Source of the DNA: an uncultured bacterium
GTDB lineage: Bacteria > Ratteibacteria > UBA8468 > B48-G9 > DSTR01
Direction: 5' to 3'
NCBI GenBank assembly: GCA_964645405.1
Contig: CAZYCA010000031.1
Location: 23,575 to 87,574 of the forward strand
Length of the DNA: 64,000 nt
A program made the position numbers and the translations under genes. The notes under the pieces were generated by a model. That model ran no database searches, was not told where the DNA came from, and saw nothing but the letters and a program-made list of their open reading frames with translations. This document shows positions 61,006-64,000 of this stretch, in pieces. Position 1 is the first letter of the stretch; every line of letters starts with the position of its first letter.

Positions 61006-62700
61006 ATGGCATTTGGCCGAAAAAGAATCTTAGCTATAGATCTGGGCACAACCAAAATCCGGGTTGCAGAACTGGAGAGAAGAGGCTCTACCTATAATCT
61101 GACCTATTATAATGAACTGGCAGCACCCAGCCTTCCTGTGGAAGAAAGAAGAAACTTTTTGCGCGATCAGGGCAAAAGTTTTGTCAGAAGTCTGCCGACC
61201 CGACATGTTTTTCTTTCTCTCCCTGGACGGGGGATACTCATACGAGCAATCAGTGCCCCGAATGTACCGCTGAAAAAGCTGAAGGATATTCTTAAGTACG
61301 AGGTTCAACAGCAGATTCCATTCCCTCTGGAGGTTGTTCACTGGTCATTTCAGATTTTAAGCCAGACACCACAGAACTTTAACCTTATTCTTGGGGCTGC
61401 TAAAAAGGATTTAATAACAGAGTATCTTGGTGAAGTTGCCCCCTTTGGCTTTAACATTCACTTTCTGGACGCTGACTTCTTTGCGCTCAGCAACGCTTTC
61501 CAGATGAGTCCAGAATTCAAATCAGAAACCTGCCAGGCAGTTCTGGAACTGGGGGCTGTTTCTGCCAATTTTATTCTCATGCACCAGGAGAAATTTCTTA
61601 TGCGCGCTTTGACCACTTCTGGTGACAGTTTGACTACTGCCATAGCTGAGACCGAAGGGATTAGCTTTCAGGATGCTGAAGAGAAAAAGAAACAGGAAGG
61701 AGTTAATCTAACACCGGTTGTTACCACTCTGGAAAGTCTGCATACTGAAATTCAAAATTCCATTGATTACTGGCGTTTTACCATGAAGGGCCCGGAGGTA
61801 GAGAATTTTTATATCTGTGGTGGTACAAGCAGGATGAAAGGATTACGCGATTTTCTGGAGAGTAAATCTCGTATTAAAACTTCTGTTTTCAACCCGCTGA
61901 GCTCTATCAGTCTCAATAGTCGTTACTCTTCCCTGAAGGAGATTGGTCCTGAACTGGCTATCCTTACCGGGCTGGGTCTACGTAGTATAGAAGTCACCAT
62001 CCTGGATATTGATTTCTTACCAGAAGAAGTGATAGCAGGAAGGGAACTGCGGGAAAACAGACCCTATATTTTTCTCTCCCTGGCTATGGCTGCTTTGCTT
62101 TCTCTCACACCAACTATTTATATCAACCAGGAACGGATTATTCTGCAGAGTTTCCTCAGCGAACTTCAGGCCCAGCTACAGCAGTACGAAAAGTTTAAAC
62201 CTGAGGTAGAAAAACTCAATAATGAAATTAAAGGAGTACAGGGAAATATCGGTACCATCAAAGCCATACTGGATAAGAAAGCCATCTGGCTTTCCCGTAT
62301 CTTAGAAATAGGCGAATCCCTGCCCAGTAGCCGCATCTACATTACCAGCTTTTTCCCCGGCACGGTAGCACCTGCGGCTACCGCTGCGGCTGCTCCAGAG
62401 CCAGGACCGGGTGGACCCCCGGGGCCACCTCCAGAAGCACGGCCACCAGGTGCACCGCCAGAACCTCAGGGGCCGCCTCCAGAAGCACAGCCACCAGCAG
62501 AAACACTATCTCCTTCTAACGTTATGACAGTACAGGGTGAAGTTATAATAACCGATATCCGGAGTTGTTTCAGTGATTTTAAGAAGTTTGTCCAGCAACT
62601 TTCCAAACTTGACTTCTTAAGCGGAGTAGATATTACTTCCTGTGAAATTAACAAGGAAAATAACCGTCTGGTTTTTACCTTAGCTCTCAAATTCAAATGA
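61006..62700 (+). CDS. type IV pilus assembly PilM (actin-like ATPase) fused to a PilN-like TM/periplasmic segment with a proline-rich linker
   Basis: N-terminal ~340 aa PilM/FtsA-like domain (ILAIDLGTTKIRVAEL, ICGGTSRMKGL). This is followed by a TM helix (IFLSLAMAALLSL), a coiled coil and a PGPGGPPGPPPEARPPGAPPEPQGPPPEAQPP region. Confidence 0.6.
   Translation: MAFGRKRILAIDLGTTKIRVAELERRGSTYNLTYYNELAAPSLPVEERRNFLRDQGKSFVRSLPTRHVFLSLPGRGILIRAISAPNVPLKKLKDILKYEVQQQIPFPLEVVHWSFQILSQTPQNFNLILGAAKKDLITEYLGEVAPFGFNIHFLDADFFALSNAFQMSPEFKSETCQAVLELGAVSANFILMHQEKFLMRALTTSGDSLTTAIAETEGISFQDAEEKKKQEGVNLTPVVTTLESLHTEIQNSIDYWRFTMKGPEVENFYICGGTSRMKGLRDFLESKSRIKTSVFNPLSSISLNSRYSSLKEIGPELAILTGLGLRSIEVTILDIDFLPEEVIAGRELRENRPYIFLSLAMAALLSLTPTIYINQERIILQSFLSELQAQLQQYEKFKPEVEKLNNEIKGVQGNIGTIKAILDKKAIWLSRILEIGESLPSSRIYITSFFPGTVAPAATAAAAPEPGPGGPPGPPPEARPPGAPPEPQGPPPEAQPPAETLSPSNVMTVQGEVIITDIRSCFSDFKKFVQQLSKLDFLSGVDITSCEINKENNRLVFTLALKFK
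62395..62510. repeat. imperfect tandem repeat encoding PPPEA(R/Q)PP units
   Basis: The unit gggcc(a/g)cctccagaagcac(g/a)gccacca occurs twice, about 51 nt apart. Confidence 0.4.
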
Positions 62701-63536
62701 AAAAAATTTTTGGCTTTCTCAAAAAACAGGCTTTGATTCTCTCACTTTTTATGGTAGTTGTTGTCGCTGCCCTGGGTATCTACCTGGTTAGTAATATTAA
62801 TAAGAAGAATGCTTCCATGAAGGAAGAAATCAAGAAAAAGTACAGCGAAGTTCAAGGTTATGAAAAAGATAAAGCAAATGCCCCTTCAGCAGAACTAATT
62901 GCCAGTCTCAAGAAAAAGAAGGAAGTCCTGGTAACTGCTTTTCAGGTGCTTTTAACTCGTTTTTCCACATCCTTCCCTACACCGCCAACTTACAAAGAGT
63001 TCCCGTCAATTGAGTTTAAAGAGTTTCTCTTCGCCTCGCAGGACTATCTTCAGAAAAAGGCCCGACGCAAACATGTCTCTCTGCCTGTTTCCCTTTTCAA
63101 AGAATTTCCGGAGACCGGGCTGGTTCCAGCCGACCAGGTTGATTTGCTTTCTCTAAGACTGGAAGTAGTCAAAAAATTGATTGAACTGATGGTTGATTCA
63201 GGTGTTACTATGGTAAACGACATCAAATCTGATAATCCCAGAACTGAAGCCTTTTATAAAGTGATGCCCTTACAGATAGCTGTCACGGGCACCAGCATGG
63301 AGATAGTGCGCTTCTTGAAGTTTCTCGAAAACCCCTCTTCCTTTTTTATTGTGGAAACTTTTGCTCTCCGTCAGGGTACAGAGGGTCTTTTTAACGCCAC
63401 CATCTCTCTGAATGCCTATATGTTTCAAGCACCCCAGGCGCAGACTCCAACTCCAGCAACTGCTGTTCCCGGTACAACACAGCCTGCTACACCTCAACCT
63501 GTTGCACCCCAACCCGGTACAACCAGGCAAGGATAG
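62697..63536 (+). CDS. PilO/PilP-like pilus assembly protein with Pro/Thr-rich C-terminus (tentative)
   Basis: N-terminal TM anchor with a coiled coil, and a Pro/Thr/Gln-rich tail. Directly follows the PilM-N fusion with an ATGA overlap. Confidence 0.35.
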   Translation: MKKIFGFLKKQALILSLFMVVVVAALGIYLVSNINKKNASMKEEIKKKYSEVQGYEKDKANAPSAELIASLKKKKEVLVTAFQVLLTRFSTSFPTPPTYKEFPSIEFKEFLFASQDYLQKKARRKHVSLPVSLFKEFPETGLVPADQVDLLSLRLEVVKKLIELMVDSGVTMVNDIKSDNPRTEAFYKVMPLQIAVTGTSMEIVRFLKFLENPSSFFIVETFALRQGTEGLFNATISLNAYMFQAPQAQTPTPATAVPGTTQPATPQPVAPQPGTTRQG

Positions 63537-63541
63537 AAAAG

Positions 63542-64000
63542 ATGCTACCAAAAAAAGGCCATCAACGCAGAAAGGAGAATAGAGAAAAATTACTGGCCTT
63601 TATCCAGAAAAGGCGTCAGGTTAATCTGGAATCCCGGTTACAATCCAGGCCTGCCCGCCGGTTTATCAGCACTGAAGTATTCCTTCGTCCCAGGAAAAGT
63701 CCTTCCAGTAATCCCGGACCTTCCCGATTACTGCGGGCTAACCGCCGAAAAGAACGGAAAGAAAAATTTCTTTCCTTGCTTCTCCATCGTAAAGAAGAAA
63801 GAGAAAGACTGCTATCTCTTGCCATCCAGCACCGCCAGGCTGAAAAGGAAAAACGGTTTCAGCGACGGCAGGCGGCTCATCTGGAGAAGATAAAGCAGAC
63901 AGAAGCGTTAAGGCAGGCCAGGAAAAAGGCGGAAGAAGAAAAGAGACTGCAGAGGCAGCAGTTACAGAAACAGAAGCAAGCAGCAAGAGAAGAAAAGAAA
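63542..64000 (+). CDS. partial ORF, Lys/Arg/Glu-rich protein (3' end outside window)
   Basis: An ATG at 63542 opens a frame that runs to the window end with no stop. It is absent from the ORF track because it has no stop. Highly charged KRE-rich sequence. Confidence 0.3.
   Translation, partial: MLPKKGHQRRKENREKLLAFIQKRRQVNLESRLQSRPARRFISTEVFLRPRKSPSSNPGPSRLLRANRRKERKEKFLSLLLHRKEERERLLSLAIQHRQAEKEKRFQRRQAAHLEKIKQTEALRQARKKAEEEKRLQRQQLQKQKQAAREEKK

Noticed and set aside
63616-63986. Two minus-strand ORFs of 69 and 82 aa at the window end
   Set aside because: They overlap a longer open + frame that starts with ATG immediately after the pilO-like gene. Their reverse-strand codon usage looks like mirrored K/E-rich coding.

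Overview
This window reads as bacterial core-genome DNA, tightly packed with housekeeping genes. Almost all of it lies in long co-directional blocks: + from 1.5 to 6.6 kb, - from 6.7 to 15.6 kb, + from 15.6 to 19.8 kb, - from 19.8 to 27.5 kb, and mostly + from 27.6 kb to the end. Many neighbouring genes overlap by 4 nt (ATGA) or 10 to 30 nt, which points to polycistronic operons and translational coupling.

I can place about 60 genes with confidence:
- glycolysis and central metabolism: eno, pfkA, split class I fumarase alpha and beta
- seven aminoacyl-tRNA synthetases: serS, aspS, hisS, metG, pheS, pheT
- translation factors and ribosomal proteins: rpsO, pnp, frr, rpmE, prfA, prmC, def
- nucleotide and cofactor synthesis: pyrH, pyrD, pyrK, cmk, purE, thiC, nadB, nadD
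- amino-acid synthesis: dapB, a DapL-like aminotransferase, ilvD, tyrA, proB, proA
- envelope and lipid genes: murA, plsY, an LpxL-like acyltransferase, a DgkA-PAP2 fusion, an O-antigen-ligase-like protein with TPR repeats
- DNA repair: recO, an AddB/AddA-like helicase-nuclease pair
- cell division: ftsB, zapA
- type IV pilus assembly: a PilM-PilN fusion and a PilO-like protein

There are three tRNA genes. Two sit on the minus strand: tRNA-Pro (CGG) and a tRNA-Arg that I read with the unusual anticodon GCG. One sits on the plus strand: an initiator-like tRNA-Met (CAU) with C at position 33.

I found no CRISPR array, no mobile element and no recognisable defence or toxin island. I do not see a clear novel multi-gene system here and I say so plainly. 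The most unusual items are these:
- a 622-aa secreted TPR/HEAT/coiled-coil protein translationally coupled between prfA and prmC
- a lipobox LysM protein built from 11-residue Ala/Lys/Glu repeats
- a CvpA protein fused to a multi-CxxC zinc ribbon
- a compact AddAB-like pair whose B subunit has a degenerate Walker A
- a DgkA-PAP2 fusion
- an orphan FucI-family isomerase
- near-consensus sigma70 promoters placed for leaderless or near-leaderless mRNAs
- the odd features of the three tRNAs

Everything is read by eye from the sequence and the ORF track. No database search was run.
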